Shown one piece after another: positions 10,779 to 21,293 of a stretch of DNA of 64,000 nt. A model generated the notes under the pieces. It did no database searches. It had not been told where the DNA came from and saw nothing but the letters and a program-made list of their open reading frames with translations. Source of the stretch: Spirochaetia bacterium (GTDB lineage: Bacteria; Spirochaetota; Spirochaetia; SZUA-6; Bin103); contig CBDBDQ010000005.1 in assembly GCA_965203905.1 (NCBI GenBank), positions 1,280,001 to 1,344,000 of the forward strand, read 5' to 3'. A program made the translations under genes and the position numbers. Each line of letters starts with the position of its first letter. The first letter of the stretch is position 1.

Positions 10779-10974
10779 GCGGGAGGGCGCGCGGCCGGGG
10801 GCCGTGGGGCGTGGCGAGACGGTGTGCCACCGCTTCGACCATCGGTCATGCGCGCGAGGCGCCTGCTACCGAACCGGCTGGTGCTGCGACCGCCGGCGCA
10901 GCGGCGCAGCGCCCGCACCCGGCGTTGCAGCCTGCCGTGAGACGCACGGATGAACCGGCTCGACCACGGAAGGC

Positions 10975-11250
10975 AACGGCGCTGTTCTACCCGGGCGCGG
11001 TGCTGGCGTGGCTGCGCCTGATGGGGGGAGGCGCGGGCCGGCCACTACCTGCTGCTGGTGCTGTTCGCGGCCGGCCTGCTGAGCAAGTCGGTGGCGATGA
11101 CGTTGCCGCTGCTGCTGGTGCAGTGGTGGCGACGTGGCCAGGGTGGCCGGGTGACGCCGGTGGATCTGCTGCGGGTGGCGCCGCTGGTGGTGCTCGGGGC
11201 GGTGATCACGGCGGCCGACCTGGCGTTCTACCGGGGCGGCAACCGCCGCC
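10975..11250 (+). pseudogene. TMTC/O-mannosyltransferase-like membrane protein fragment
   Basis: LFY..AVLAWLR..YLLLVLFAAGLLSKSVAMTLP; repeated at ~16050-16330. Confidence 0.55.
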
Positions 11251-11460
11251 CCGACGCCGAAGATAGGCGCAGTAAGTGCCTCGCGGTACGCGACCTGGCC
11301 GCCGCTCACGGCTTCGCCGCCGGCGCCAGGTCGCGGCTCGTGTCGTGCAGCCACCAGGGGTCCGCGACGTGGTCGTCCGGGTCCGGCTTCCAGGTCGCGC
11401 CCTCCAGCGCTACCAGGTGCCCGCCTCCGTCCGCCGCGCCCAGTACCTCCGCGCGACCGG
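11250..11460 (-). pseudogene. Copy of the 5' region of the LytTR gene (53725-53940)
   Basis: Near-identical DNA (ggcgccaggtcgcggctcgtgtcgtgcagcc...gcgccctccagcgctacc); also at ~16335-16545. Confidence 0.7.
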
Positions 11461-11718
11461 CGTAGCGCCAATGCCGTGATGACGCCGCGCCGGGTTCACG
11501 GTTGCTGTGCCCACCGCGGCGCCGTAGCAGGAGGTGCAGCCTCCACGTCATCCGGTGTGCAGGAACTTGGCTCGCCCTCGAAAGCGCCAACGAACGGTGT
11601 CCCGTTGTAACCGGTATGGCTCGCAACTTCTCCAGGCACCTGCCCGGTCGCGCCGGCCGCGGTACGATTCTCGTGGTCACCGCCGCGTGGTATGCTCACG
11701 GGGTCAGGAGGGACCGTG

Positions 11719-12576
11719 ATGGCAAGCTCGGTACTCGCTCCCGCCCAGGTTGAATACCCCTCGTCGGACGGACGACCGGTGGCGGAGAGCGATCACCAGT
11801 TCATCCCGCTGACCTATGCCGCGAACCGGCTGCGGGAACACTTTCGCGAGCGCGAGGACGTGTACGTGGCGGGGAACCTGTTGATCTACTACGAGGAAGG
11901 GACGCAGGCGCGGGTGGCGCCGGACGTGTTCGTGGTGCTGGGTGCGCCGCGGCGGAAGCGAACGAGCTACGTGCTGTGGCAGGAGCCGAAGGCGCCCGAC
12001 TTCGTGCTGGAGGTGACCTCGCGCAGCACGCACGTGGAGGACCAGGGCTCGAAGCGGAGGCTGTACCAGAGGCTCGGGGTGCGGGAGTACTGGCAGTACG
12101 ACCCGACGGGGGACTACCTGGAGCCGGCGTTGCAGGGACTGGAGTTGGTGCCGGGGGAGTACGCGAGGCTGCCGGAACGGGAGCTGGCGGACGGGACGCT
12201 GGTGCTGACGAGCGCGGTGCTGGAGTTGGAGTTGCGGCTGACCGAGCGCGGGCTGCGGTTCCACGATCCGGTGACGGCGCGCGAGCTGCCGGACCTCGGG
12301 GAGACGGACGCGGCCTGGCGGGAGGCCGAGCAGGGGTGGGAGCAGGAGCGCCAGGAACGCGAACGGGCGGAGCAGGAACGCGAACGGGCGGAGCAGAAAC
12401 GCGAGCGGGCGGAGCAGCGGTGGCGCCGGGCCGAGCAGGATCGCCGGCGGGAGCGGGACGCGCGCCATCACGCCGAGCAGGATCGCCGGCGGGAACGGGA
12501 GGCCCGGCAGGCGGCGGAGGCGCGGATCGCCGAACTCGAAGCCAGGCTGCGCGACCGTGATAACTCCGAGCCGTAA
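11719..12576 (+). CDS. Uma2-family (DUF820) endonuclease with long coiled-coil tail
   Basis: YPSSDGRPVAES, NLLIYY, APDVFVV, PDFVLEVTS.ST..ED...K..LY..LGVREYWQYDP; AGGAGG RBS. Confidence 0.92.
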   Translation: MASSVLAPAQVEYPSSDGRPVAESDHQFIPLTYAANRLREHFREREDVYVAGNLLIYYEEGTQARVAPDVFVVLGAPRRKRTSYVLWQEPKAPDFVLEVTSRSTHVEDQGSKRRLYQRLGVREYWQYDPTGDYLEPALQGLELVPGEYARLPERELADGTLVLTSAVLELELRLTERGLRFHDPVTARELPDLGETDAAWREAEQGWEQERQERERAEQERERAEQKRERAEQRWRRAEQDRRRERDARHHAEQDRRREREARQAAEARIAELEARLRDRDNSEP

Positions 12577-12694
12577 GCTGCCACCCGTCTGGTTCGAGGT
12601 CGTCATGCCTCGTTGTCGACAGATTAGACAGAGCGGCAGATGATTTGCGTGCGTGCAGCCGTCGGTGCGCTCCAGAATCATGGTCCGAAATGAA

Positions 12695-12885
12695 CTCGCC
12701 GTCCCCCGGACCGGCGTCCGGGCCAGGCTCCGGCGTCAAGGTCAGCGTGGCCGCTCCGTAGCACGCCACGCTCCACACCATCAGCCGGTCGTTCATCGCA
12801 TAGCACCCCCAGGGGTAGAGCCCGGTCAGCGTCCAGGCGACCTCCCCGTCGAGCGTGAGCATGACGCGGCCCGTCACCTTGCCCG
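12695..12885 (-). pseudogene. Autotransporter beta-barrel fragment
   Basis: GEVAWTLTGLYPWGCYAMNDRLMVWSVACYGAATLTLTPE; longer copy at 17700-18115. Confidence 0.6.
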
Positions 12886-12888
12886 GGC

Positions 12889-13497
12889 ATGTGCGCCGGG
12901 CAGTCCGGATCGGGAGGAACCGGGAGGGCGAGCGGCGGCCGGAGCAGGGCTGCCGTCGCCCTGTGCGCCGCCCTGCTGACCGCATGCAGCTTCGAATACT
13001 CCGATGCCGACGCATCACCCACGCAACTGCTTGGGCACATACCCGAAACCGAGCTCACCGAGGTAACCCACACCATCGTACGCAACGGGCGCGTGGCGGC
13101 CGAGTTCCGCGCCCGGCACGTGCGCAACTTCCCCCGCTCCGGCCGCACGGAGCTGGATGCGGTGCACTACTCCGAATACGACCGCAACGGCATCCTGGTG
13201 ACCGCCGGCAACGCCGAGCGCGCCGTGTACTTCACCGAGCGCGAGGACGCCGAGGTGGCCGGCGCGATCCGCTTGCGCTCGCAGTCGCAGGGCGTGTGGC
13301 TGGAGGCCGAGACCCTGCGCTGGGAGGACGCCAGCCACCGGCTGTTCTCGGGCCCCGAGGAGACGGTGGCGGTTACCCGCGACGACGGCTCGCAGGTGAC
13401 CGGCGTCGGTCTCCAGGTCGACGTGCGCCGCAAGACCATCCGCTTCTCGGGACCCGTCAGCGGGACCCTGGTTGCTGAAACCGGGGCGGGGGAGTAG
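12889..13497 (+). CDS. lptC: LptC-like lipoprotein (copy 4, intact)
   Basis: Intact ORF, highly similar to 10167-10778 with scattered substitutions. Confidence 0.75.
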   Translation: MCAGQSGSGGTGRASGGRSRAAVALCAALLTACSFEYSDADASPTQLLGHIPETELTEVTHTIVRNGRVAAEFRARHVRNFPRSGRTELDAVHYSEYDRNGILVTAGNAERAVYFTEREDAEVAGAIRLRSQSQGVWLEAETLRWEDASHRLFSGPEETVAVTRDDGSQVTGVGLQVDVRRKTIRFSGPVSGTLVAETGAGE

Positions 13498-13971
13498 GCG
13501 GGGGCGCGCGGCCGGGGGCCGCTGGCCGCGGGGCGCGGCGAGACGGTGTGCGACCTGTACGAGATCGGTACACGACCCCGCTCTCAGTGCTTGCCTCCCA
13601 AGACTTGGAAGTCGTCTACCTCGAGCTGCTCGGGGAAGCCGGGACCGTATGCCTGCCGTACCACGCGCCCGTGGACGATCACGCTGCGCTGCTGCAGGCC
13701 CCACAGCTCGGTGGTGCTCTCCGACGAGCTCGTAGTACTCGGTGGCAGTGGCGAGCACCAGGATCACGTGGCGATCTGAACCGGTCGTCGTCACCGGTCC
13801 GGTCACCATTATGCCGGAGTCCGAAGGGTCACGATCGACAGGCCAAAGGAGGGCATGGTGGCGGCATCGACATCATCGCGCGTCCGATGGAACAAGATCC
13901 CCAGTCCCCGTTTCCGCCAGCTTGCTTACGTATGCAAAAGCGCTGGCGCACCACTTCCCGTTGTACCGGGT

Positions 13972-15006
13972 ATGGCCGGCGAGATTACCACGCCCCACAA
14001 CAACCTGTTCCGCTCCGTGTTCGGCGACACCGCCGAGGCGTCCGCCCTGCTGCGCGCACATCTGCCCCAGGCGATCAGCCGTCAGTTGCTCTGGTCCACC
14101 CTCGCCTTGCAGCCGGTCGGCTTCATCGACAGCCGCCTGCGCGACAGCGAGTCCGACCTGCTCTACCTGATCCGGCGCAAGACCGACGCCGCGCCGGTCT
14201 GGCTCTACGTCCTGCTGGAGCACCAGTCGACCCCGGACCCCTGGTTGCGCCTGCGCCTGCTCAAGTACAGCATCCGAATCTGGGAACGCGATCGCAGGCG
14301 GCATCGGAACGACAAGCAACTGCGTCCCATCCTGCCTCTGGTGTTGTACCAGGGCAGGCGCCGCTGGCGTCACGGCCGCGAGTTCTCGGAGCTGTTTGCG
14401 CAGCAGGTCCGTCACTGGCCGTGGGTGCCGCATTACGCACACCTCTTGATCGACCAGACCAGGGCACGGCCGCACCAGGTGCGCGGCGAGTTGCGCGGTC
14501 GCATCGCGCAACTCGCGATGATGGCGACGTTCCGGAAAAGCTGGCCCCTGTTGCAGCGGTTGGTGCCGCTGCTGGCGGAGTTGGCACGGGTCGGCGCCGC
14601 CGCCGAGGACTGGGAGGAGATCATCGTGTACATTGCAGCCACGACAACGCGACAACCGCGGCGCTGGCAACGGTTCGCAGACGCGGTCCGGCGGCGCGTA
14701 CCGGGAGGTGCAGAACTGATGAACAAGACTGAACGGATGCGTCAGATCTACGGCGACGTCAGGGAGCAGGAAGGCCGTCGGGAGGGCCACCAGGAAGGCC
14801 GTCGAGAGGGCCGCAAGGAAGGCCGTCGGGAGGGCCGCAAGGAAGGTGAGTTGCGAGGCAAGGTGCTGACCATCGAGGCACTCCTCGGACGAGATGTCCC
14901 CTGGACCACCATCCAAACCGCGACCGGAATCGACCAGGCCACCTTCCACCGGCTCAAGCACCAGCTCGAGGCCGCCGCCGGCAGCAGCCGCCACCACGCC
15001 AACTGA
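13972..15006 (+). CDS. Rpn-family recombination-promoting nuclease (YhgA-like PD-(D/E)XK)
   Basis: PHNNLFRSVF, FIDSRLRDSESDLLY, YVLLEHQSTPD, LPLVLYQG, EGRREG repeats. Confidence 0.92.
   Translation: MAGEITTPHNNLFRSVFGDTAEASALLRAHLPQAISRQLLWSTLALQPVGFIDSRLRDSESDLLYLIRRKTDAAPVWLYVLLEHQSTPDPWLRLRLLKYSIRIWERDRRRHRNDKQLRPILPLVLYQGRRRWRHGREFSELFAQQVRHWPWVPHYAHLLIDQTRARPHQVRGELRGRIAQLAMMATFRKSWPLLQRLVPLLAELARVGAAAEDWEEIIVYIAATTTRQPRRWQRFADAVRRRVPGGAELMNKTERMRQIYGDVREQEGRREGHQEGRREGRKEGRREGRKEGELRGKVLTIEALLGRDVPWTTIQTATGIDQATFHRLKHQLEAAAGSSRHHAN
14719..15006 (+). CDS. Putative intragenic small Rpn protein (RpnS antitoxin-like)
   Basis: GGAGG at 14704 followed by in-frame ATG at 14719, just before the EGRxEG repeat region. 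Confidence 0.6.
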   Translation: MNKTERMRQIYGDVREQEGRREGHQEGRREGRKEGRREGRKEGELRGKVLTIEALLGRDVPWTTIQTATGIDQATFHRLKHQLEAAAGSSRHHAN

Positions 15007-15250
15007 GCCACCCCCGCCACCGGACCACCAGGGAGCCGCAACGCCCGGCACCAGCCACGAACGTGCGCCGTAGAAGTACTTCCAGTAGATCGGCCCGTTG
15101 CCGAACGCCAGCCGGTGGCCCGGTTCCACGTACACGACGATCCGCTGACACTGCGCTACGTGCGCGAGGTGCTGACGGCCGCGGGCTATGCGCCGCTGGT
15201 GACCGGCGGCGATGGCGATCGGTCCAGATCATCCGGACCGAGAAGCTGCG
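15007..15250. pseudogene. Spliced fragments: GT22 gene piece (minus, like 58885-58990) joined to response-regulator piece (plus)
   Basis: YVEPGHRLAFGNGPIYWKYFYGARSWLVPGV (minus strand) then DDPLTLRYVREVLTAAGYAPLVTG (plus strand). Confidence 0.7.
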
Positions 15251-15335
15251 TGCCGAAGCGGTACCTGATTCGGCTGCGGCCGGACAGGGCGCCCCCGGCA
15301 TTTAGCCCCGTACAACTCGGCTTGGTGAACCGTAC

Positions 15336-15853
15336 GCCTGCAGCTTCGAATACTCCGATGCCGACGCAGCACCCACGCAACTGCTTGGGCACATACCCGA
15401 AACCGAGCTCACCGAGGTAACCCACACCATATCGTCCGCAACGGGCGCCTGGCAGCCGAGTTCCGCGCCCAGCAGGTGCGCAACTTCCCCCGCGCCGGCC
15501 GCACGGAACTGGATGCGGTGCACTACTCCGAATACGACCGCAACGGCATTCTGGTGACCGCCGGCAACGCCGAGCGCGCCGTGTACTTCACCGAGCGCGA
15601 GGACGCCGAGCTGGCCGGCGCGATCCGCTTGCGCTCGCAGTCGCAGGGCGTCTGGCTGGAAGCCGAGACCCTGCGCTGGGAGGACGCCAGCCACCGGCTG
15701 TTCTCGGGCCCCGAGGAGACGGTGGCGGTTACCCGCGACGACGGCTCACAGGTGACCGGCGTCGGTCTCCAGGTCGACGTGCGCCGCAAGACCATCCGCT
15801 TCTCGGGGCCTGTCAGCGGGACCCTGGTCGCGGAGACCGGGGCGGGCGAATAG
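15336..15853 (+). pseudogene. lptC-like copy 5 (5'-truncated, frameshift near 15430)
   Basis: Starts at the ACSFEY codons; extra bases in CACCATATCGTC. Confidence 0.8.
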
Positions 15854-16802
15854 GCGGGAGGGCGCGCGGCCGGGGGCCGGGGGGCGTGGCGAGACGGTGT
15901 GCCACCGCTTCGGCAATCGGTCATGCGCGCCAGGCGCCTGCTACCGAACCGGCTGGTGCTGCGACCGCCGGCGCAGCGGCGCAGCGCCCGCACCCGGCGT
16001 TGCAGCCTGCCGTGAGACGCACGGATGAACCGGCTCGACCACGGGACGGCAACGGCGCTGTTCTACCCGGGCGCGGTGCTGGCGTGGCTGCGCCTGATGG
16101 GGGGAGGCGCGGGCCGGCCACTACCTGCTGCTGGTGCTGTTCGCGGCCGGCCTGCTGAGCAAGTCGGTGGCGATGACGTTGCCGCTGCTGCTGTTGCAGT
16201 GGTGGCGACGTGGCCGGGGTGGCCGGGTGACCGGGTGACGCCGGTGGATCTGCTGCCGGTGGCGCCGCTGGTGGTGCTCGGGGCGGTGATCACGGCCGCC
16301 GACCTGGCGTTCTACCGGGGCGGCAACCGCCGCCCCGGCGCCGAAGATAGGCGCAGTACGTGCCTCGCGGTACGCGACCTGGCCGCCGCTCACGGGTTCC
16401 CCGCCGGCGCCAGGTCGCGGCTCGTGTCGTGCAGCCACCAGGGGTCCGCGACGTGGTCGTCCGGGTCCGGCTTCCAGGTCGCGCCCTCCAGCGCTACCAG
16501 GTGCCCGCCTCCGTCCGCCGCGCCCACTACCTCCGCGCGACCGGCGTAGCGCCAATGCCGTGATGACGCCGCGCCGGGTTCACGGTTGCTGTGCCCACCG
16601 CGGCGCCGTAGCAGGAGGTGCAGCCTCCACGTCATCCGGTGTGCAGGAACTTGGCTCGCCCTCGAAAGCGCCAACGAACGGTGTCCCGTTGTAACGGGTA
16701 TGGCTCGCAACTTCTCCAGGCACCTGCCCGGTCGCGCCGGCCGCGGTACGATTCTCGTGGTCACCGCCGCGTGGTATGCTCACGGGGTCAGGAGGGACCG
16801 TG

Positions 16803-17555
16803 ATGGCAAGCTCGGTACTCGCTCCCGCCCAGGTTGAATACCCCTCGTCGGACGGACGACCGGTGGCGGAGAGCGATCACCAGTTCATCCCGCTGACCTA
16901 TGCCGCGAACCGGCTGCGGGAACACTTTCGCGAGCGCGAGGACGTGTACGTGGCGGGGAACCTGTTGATCTACTACGAGGAAGGGACGCAGGAGCGGGTG
17001 GCGCCGGACGTGTTCGTGGTGCTGGGTGCGCCGCGGCGGAAGCGAACGAGCTACGTGCTGTGGCAGGAGCCGAAGGCGCCCGACTTCGTGCTGGAGGTGA
17101 CCTCGCGCAGCACGCACGTGGAGGACCAGGGCTCGAAGCGGAGGCTGTACCAGAGGCTCGGGGTGCGGGAGTACTGGCAGTACGACCCGACGGGGGACTA
17201 CCTGGAGCCGGCGTTGCAGGGACTGGAGTTGGTGGCGGGGGAGTACGCGAGGCTGCCGGAACGGGAGCTGGCGGACGGGACGCCGGTGCTGACGAGCGCG
17301 GTGCTGGAGTTGGAGTTGCGGCTGACCGAGCGCGGGCTGCGGTTCCACGATCCGGTGACGGCGCGCGAGCTGCCGGACCTCGGGGAGACGGACGCGGCCT
17401 GGCGGCGGGAGCGGCAGGCACGCGAACGGGCCGAGCAGCGGTGGCGCCGGGCCGAGCAGGATCGCCGGCAGGAACGGGAGGCCCGGCAGGCGGCGGAGGC
17501 GCGGATCGCCGAACTCGAAGCCAGGCTGCGCGACCGTGATAACTCCGAGCCGTAA
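16803..17555 (+). CDS. Uma2-family endonuclease (second copy, shorter coiled-coil tail)
   Basis: Near-identical to 11719-12576 with fewer ERERAEQ-type repeats. Confidence 0.92.
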   Translation: MASSVLAPAQVEYPSSDGRPVAESDHQFIPLTYAANRLREHFREREDVYVAGNLLIYYEEGTQERVAPDVFVVLGAPRRKRTSYVLWQEPKAPDFVLEVTSRSTHVEDQGSKRRLYQRLGVREYWQYDPTGDYLEPALQGLELVAGEYARLPERELADGTPVLTSAVLELELRLTERGLRFHDPVTARELPDLGETDAAWRRERQARERAEQRWRRAEQDRRQEREARQAAEARIAELEARLRDRDNSEP

Positions 17556-17699
17556 GCTGCCACCCGTCTGGTTCGAGGTCGTCATGCCTCGTTGTCGACA
17601 GATTAGATTAGAGCAAGTTAAGGGTTCAGTAGTCGACAGAGCGGCAGATGATTGCGTGCGTGCAGCCGTCGGTGCGCTCCAGAATCATGGTCCGAAATG

Positions 17700-18115
17700 A
17701 AGCGGTCTCCGAAGACGGCGAAGCCGTAGCCGAGCTTCATCTCGAAGCGGGGGTTCGCGAGCTCCCCGCCGTCGTCGTTCGCCGCAAGCCCGTGGCGTGT
17801 GCGCCGCCCGAGCAGCGCGTCCGCACCGCCGCTCTCCGAGCGCCCCACCGTCTGCGTGAGTGAGCCGGGGCGCCAGCGTGCTCGTGCCGAGGCTGAACGC
17901 GAGAGCCATGTCGGTCGTGAGCGCCTCCCCGTCCCCCGGACCGGCGTCCGGGCCAGGCTCCGGCGTCAAGGTCAGCGTGGCCGCCCCGTAGCACGCCACG
18001 CTCCACACCGTCAGCCGGTCGTTCATCGCATAGCACCCCCAGGGGTAGAGCCCGGTCAGCGTCCAGGCGACCTCGCCGTCGAGCGTGAGCGTGACGCGGC
18101 CCGTCACCTTGCCCG
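17700..18115 (-). pseudogene. Autotransporter beta-barrel fragments
   Basis: LTGLYPW..YG.ATLTLTPE..ALTTDMALA and LLGR..GLAANDDGGEL..RFEMKLGYGFAVFGDRF. Confidence 0.65.
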
Positions 18116-18118
18116 GGC

Positions 18119-18506
18119 ATGTGGGCCGGGCAGTCCGGATCGGGAGGAACCGGGAGGGCGAGCGGCGGCCGGAGCAGGGCTGCCGTCGCCCTGTTCGCCG
18201 CCCTGCTGACCGCCTGCAGCTTCGAATACTCCGATGCCGACGCATCACCCACGCAACTGCTTGGGCACATACCCGAGACCGAGCTCACCGAGGTAACCCA
18301 CACCATCGTCCGCAACGGCCGCGTGGCGGCCGAGTTCCGCGCCCGGCAGGTGCGCAACTTCCCCCGCGCCGGCTGCACGGAACTGGATGCGGTGCACTAC
18401 TCCGAATACGACCGCAACGGCATCCTGATGACCGCCGGCAACGCCGACCGCGCCGTGTACTACACCGAGCGCGAGGACGCCGAGCTGGCCGGCGCGATCC
18501 GCCTGC
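18119..18506 (+). pseudogene. lptC-like copy 6 (3'-truncated after AGAIRLR)
   Basis: Homology stops abruptly at ~18506. Confidence 0.8.
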
Positions 18507-18788
18507 GAACTTCGAGGAGCTGTGCCGGGAGATCGACAGTCGCCAGGAAGGGCACCTGCAGGGTCTGTGCGAGGCAGTGGCCGCACGCTTCCGCCCATGG
18601 TCCGGAGCTGCCGAAGCCAGCCGCGGCACTGGCAGCCAACCGACGCCCGGCTGACCCTCCGATTCCAACAGCGTTGACCATCCCATCCCGGTGACCCACG
18701 AGCATGGCGCTACGGGCGACGGCGACTACTCCCGGGGTCCCACGGAGCGTCCACTTCGCTCCGACCGCGACGGCGTTGCACCATTCTC

Positions 18789-20615
18789 CTACGGTCGGGC
18801 GGTGAAACGGATCGCGGCGTTCGCCGGCGGGGCGGGGAAGTCGGCGTCGATCTGCTGCATGGTCGACCACACGAGGTCGAAGACGATGACCGGTTTGTGT
18901 TCCCGCCACTGCCGTACCGGCGGCTCGGCGGCATCCCGGCGCAGGATGCGGACGTTGCCGAACTCCCGCTCCAGCGAGTAGCCGGGAACAACCAGGCCCG
19001 GGACTGCTGCCACCACGTGGCTCACGGTGGCGGTCAGCGTCGCCAGGTCCTGGCCCACCCCGCGTCCGACGTACGCGTCGTACAGGGGTATCGCGCGGTG
19101 CAGGTAGTAGTAGCCCGGCGTGGAGGAGTAACCGCGGTCGACCTGCCACACCGCGTCGACTCCCGGCGCACGCGCCAGGTAGCGGTACGCGGCGTAGAGC
19201 GGGTCCTGGTTGCGCACGAACCCAAACAGCGTGGCCTCGTCCGACAAGTCCCGATACGCCAGCACCTGCGCCGGCAGCGCCTTCAGCATGCCGGCGCAGG
19301 ACACCACCGCGAACAGTGCGGCGGCCGCTCCCAGGGTCGAGCGGGCGGCGGCCGGGTGCGCCGGCAGCCGCCCGCCGACCCACGCCGAAGCGCGCGCCGC
19401 GAGGTCGGACCCGATCAGCAGCCACAGCGGAATCACCGCGAATATGAAGCGGTACTCCTTGTGCGCCGACATGGAGTGGGTGACCAGCACCAGGGCGACC
19501 AGGGCCAGGAGCAGAGCGTAGCGCCGCGGCCAGCGCAACGCCCCGGCGAGGCACAGCAGGCTCAACCCGCCGCCGGCGAGCGCGAACCACCACAGCAGCG
19601 CATGCGCCGGATCCCCGCCCATGAACTCCGCCCCCGCCATCAGGTTGAAGCGCAGGTTGACCAGGTAGGAGTGGAACAGGTCGCCGCCCCACGACAGGCC
19701 GTCGAAGATGCCGACCGCGAAGAATGCCGCTGCCGCTGCCACAGCGAGCAGCAGCTTCAGCGGCGTGCGCAAGAACACGATGGCCAGCAGCACCACGGCG
19801 ACGGGGGCGTACTGCATGCGGATAGCGGCCGCCAGCACCGCGAGCCCCGCCGCCTCCCAGGCCGCGCCTGCGCGGTCGATGCGGGGCCGCATGCTCAGCG
19901 CCAACAGCCCCAGCAGCGGCGCCGTGGCCACGAACTCGGTGAGCGGCTTGTGGGCGAAGCCGGCCAGTTCGTACCAGAAGGCGCCGGCGAGCAGCGCGAT
20001 GCGCGCCGCGGTCTCGCCGAAGTGGCGGCGCGCGAAGCAGTACATCGCGGCCGGGACTGCCAGCGAGAGGGCGCAGAAGAACAGCTTGACGCCGGCCACG
20101 TACCAGAGCGGCTCGCCGAGCCCGCCGAGGTCGAACAGCTTCAATACGCCGGCCACCACGCCCGGCACCAGCCAGGAGCGGGCGCCGTAGTAGTACTCCC
20201 AGTAGATCACCCCGTTGCCGAACACCAGCCGGTGGGCCGGTTCCAGGTACTGCATCACCTCGTCCGGGTGCAGCACGAAGTCGCCGTTCAGGGCCACCGC
20301 CGCGCGTACCGCGAACGCGAGGGTCAATATCAACGGCAGGAGTTTCCAGGGCCCCTGCTCCGGCGTGATCAGGTGGAGCATTCCGTCGAACGCGGTGCGC
20401 CGCCGCGGGGCGCGCTGCGCCTGGTCCCGCCTCCCGGCGTCCGCTGCCGCTGCCTGGTGTCGGGTCCCGGTGCGAGGCTGCTCCGCCCCCGCGGGCCGGC
20501 GCCGGCTCCGCACGGCAGCGTTCCCGGGCGCGCGGGCAGTGCCACTGCCGCGCCCGCGGGCACGGCCCCTTGCTCCGGTTCCTCCCGTTCTCGTCCTGCT
20601 CCTGCGGCTCGCCAT
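18789..20615 (-). CDS. GT-C glycosyltransferase, PIG-B/Alg9-like (GT22) mannosyltransferase; start could be 20381
   Basis: HPDEVMQYLEPAH..G...WEY..GARSW, HKEYRFIF, multiple TM helices. Confidence 0.8.
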   Translation of the reverse strand: MASRRSRTRTGGTGARGRARGRGSGTARAPGNAAVRSRRRPAGAEQPRTGTRHQAAAADAGRRDQAQRAPRRRTAFDGMLHLITPEQGPWKLLPLILTLAFAVRAAVALNGDFVLHPDEVMQYLEPAHRLVFGNGVIYWEYYYGARSWLVPGVVAGVLKLFDLGGLGEPLWYVAGVKLFFCALSLAVPAAMYCFARRHFGETAARIALLAGAFWYELAGFAHKPLTEFVATAPLLGLLALSMRPRIDRAGAAWEAAGLAVLAAAIRMQYAPVAVVLLAIVFLRTPLKLLLAVAAAAAFFAVGIFDGLSWGGDLFHSYLVNLRFNLMAGAEFMGGDPAHALLWWFALAGGGLSLLCLAGALRWPRRYALLLALVALVLVTHSMSAHKEYRFIFAVIPLWLLIGSDLAARASAWVGGRLPAHPAAARSTLGAAAALFAVVSCAGMLKALPAQVLAYRDLSDEATLFGFVRNQDPLYAAYRYLARAPGVDAVWQVDRGYSSTPGYYYLHRAIPLYDAYVGRGVGQDLATLTATVSHVVAAVPGLVVPGYSLEREFGNVRILRRDAAEPPVRQWREHKPVIVFDLVWSTMQQIDADFPAPPANAAIRFTARP

Positions 20616-20689
20616 GGTCGTCGGGAGACTACCCATCCGGGGAGGGCTCGCCTTGCAGCACGCGGTCAACGGCGCTCGTCGCATCTCGA

Positions 20690-20965
20690 TCCTTCCACGA
20701 ACCGCCACTCCTACGTCGCCGGGAAACTGCGACGGGCGGGAGCCGTGTTCCGCATGGAAGACAACGCGATCCTGCGCTGCGCCGATCCCGAGGTGCTGAC
20801 CACCATCGCCGACCGCCTCGACGAGCGCGGCAGCGCGCCACCTATTGGGCCAGCCGCCTGGCGCCCTGTTTCAGTGCCCGCGACCGCGCCAGCCGTCAAC
20901 TCCACTATCAGTGGTCAGTGGCGCAGATCGAACTCGCCCGCGTCGTGATCTTTCGATCTTTCGGC
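20690..20965 (+). pseudogene. Transposase fragment (unclassified IS)
   Basis: HSYVAGKLRRAG..FRMEDNAILRCADPE.L..IADRL and YQWSVAQIELAR.VIF motifs. Confidence 0.5.
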
Positions 20966-21293
20966 GCCGGGCGCACCTGCATGACCTATTTCAGCGCGCA
21001 GTGGTCATCCGTCATCCACGTCCTCGTGTGATTCGCACCATCCTCTTGCCGTGCAGACTCGCGCCGATTTGGGGACAATGCGGAAATCCCTTTGCTCCCC
21101 TCTCAGAAATAATCTGGGAATCCACCCGCGATTCTACGTGGAATACAACACCGTGAATTCTTCCCGTTCTACCGGACTCAAATCGATAGTGTACAGCCTC
21201 AATTTCACCCTCCCAGTGTGACTGTGATGGTCTGAGCTATACATCGGTCCCAACCGCCTCATGTTGCGCGGTTGAGCCACTACTAGGCGCACG

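Larger units (their letters stand above)
15336..18506 (+). repeat. Imperfect duplicate of segment ~10260-13270 (lptC-TMTC fragment-LytTR fragment-Uma2-autotransporter fragment-lptC)
   Basis: Long colinear near-identity, with indels in the Uma2 tail and the autotransporter fragment. Confidence 0.9.
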
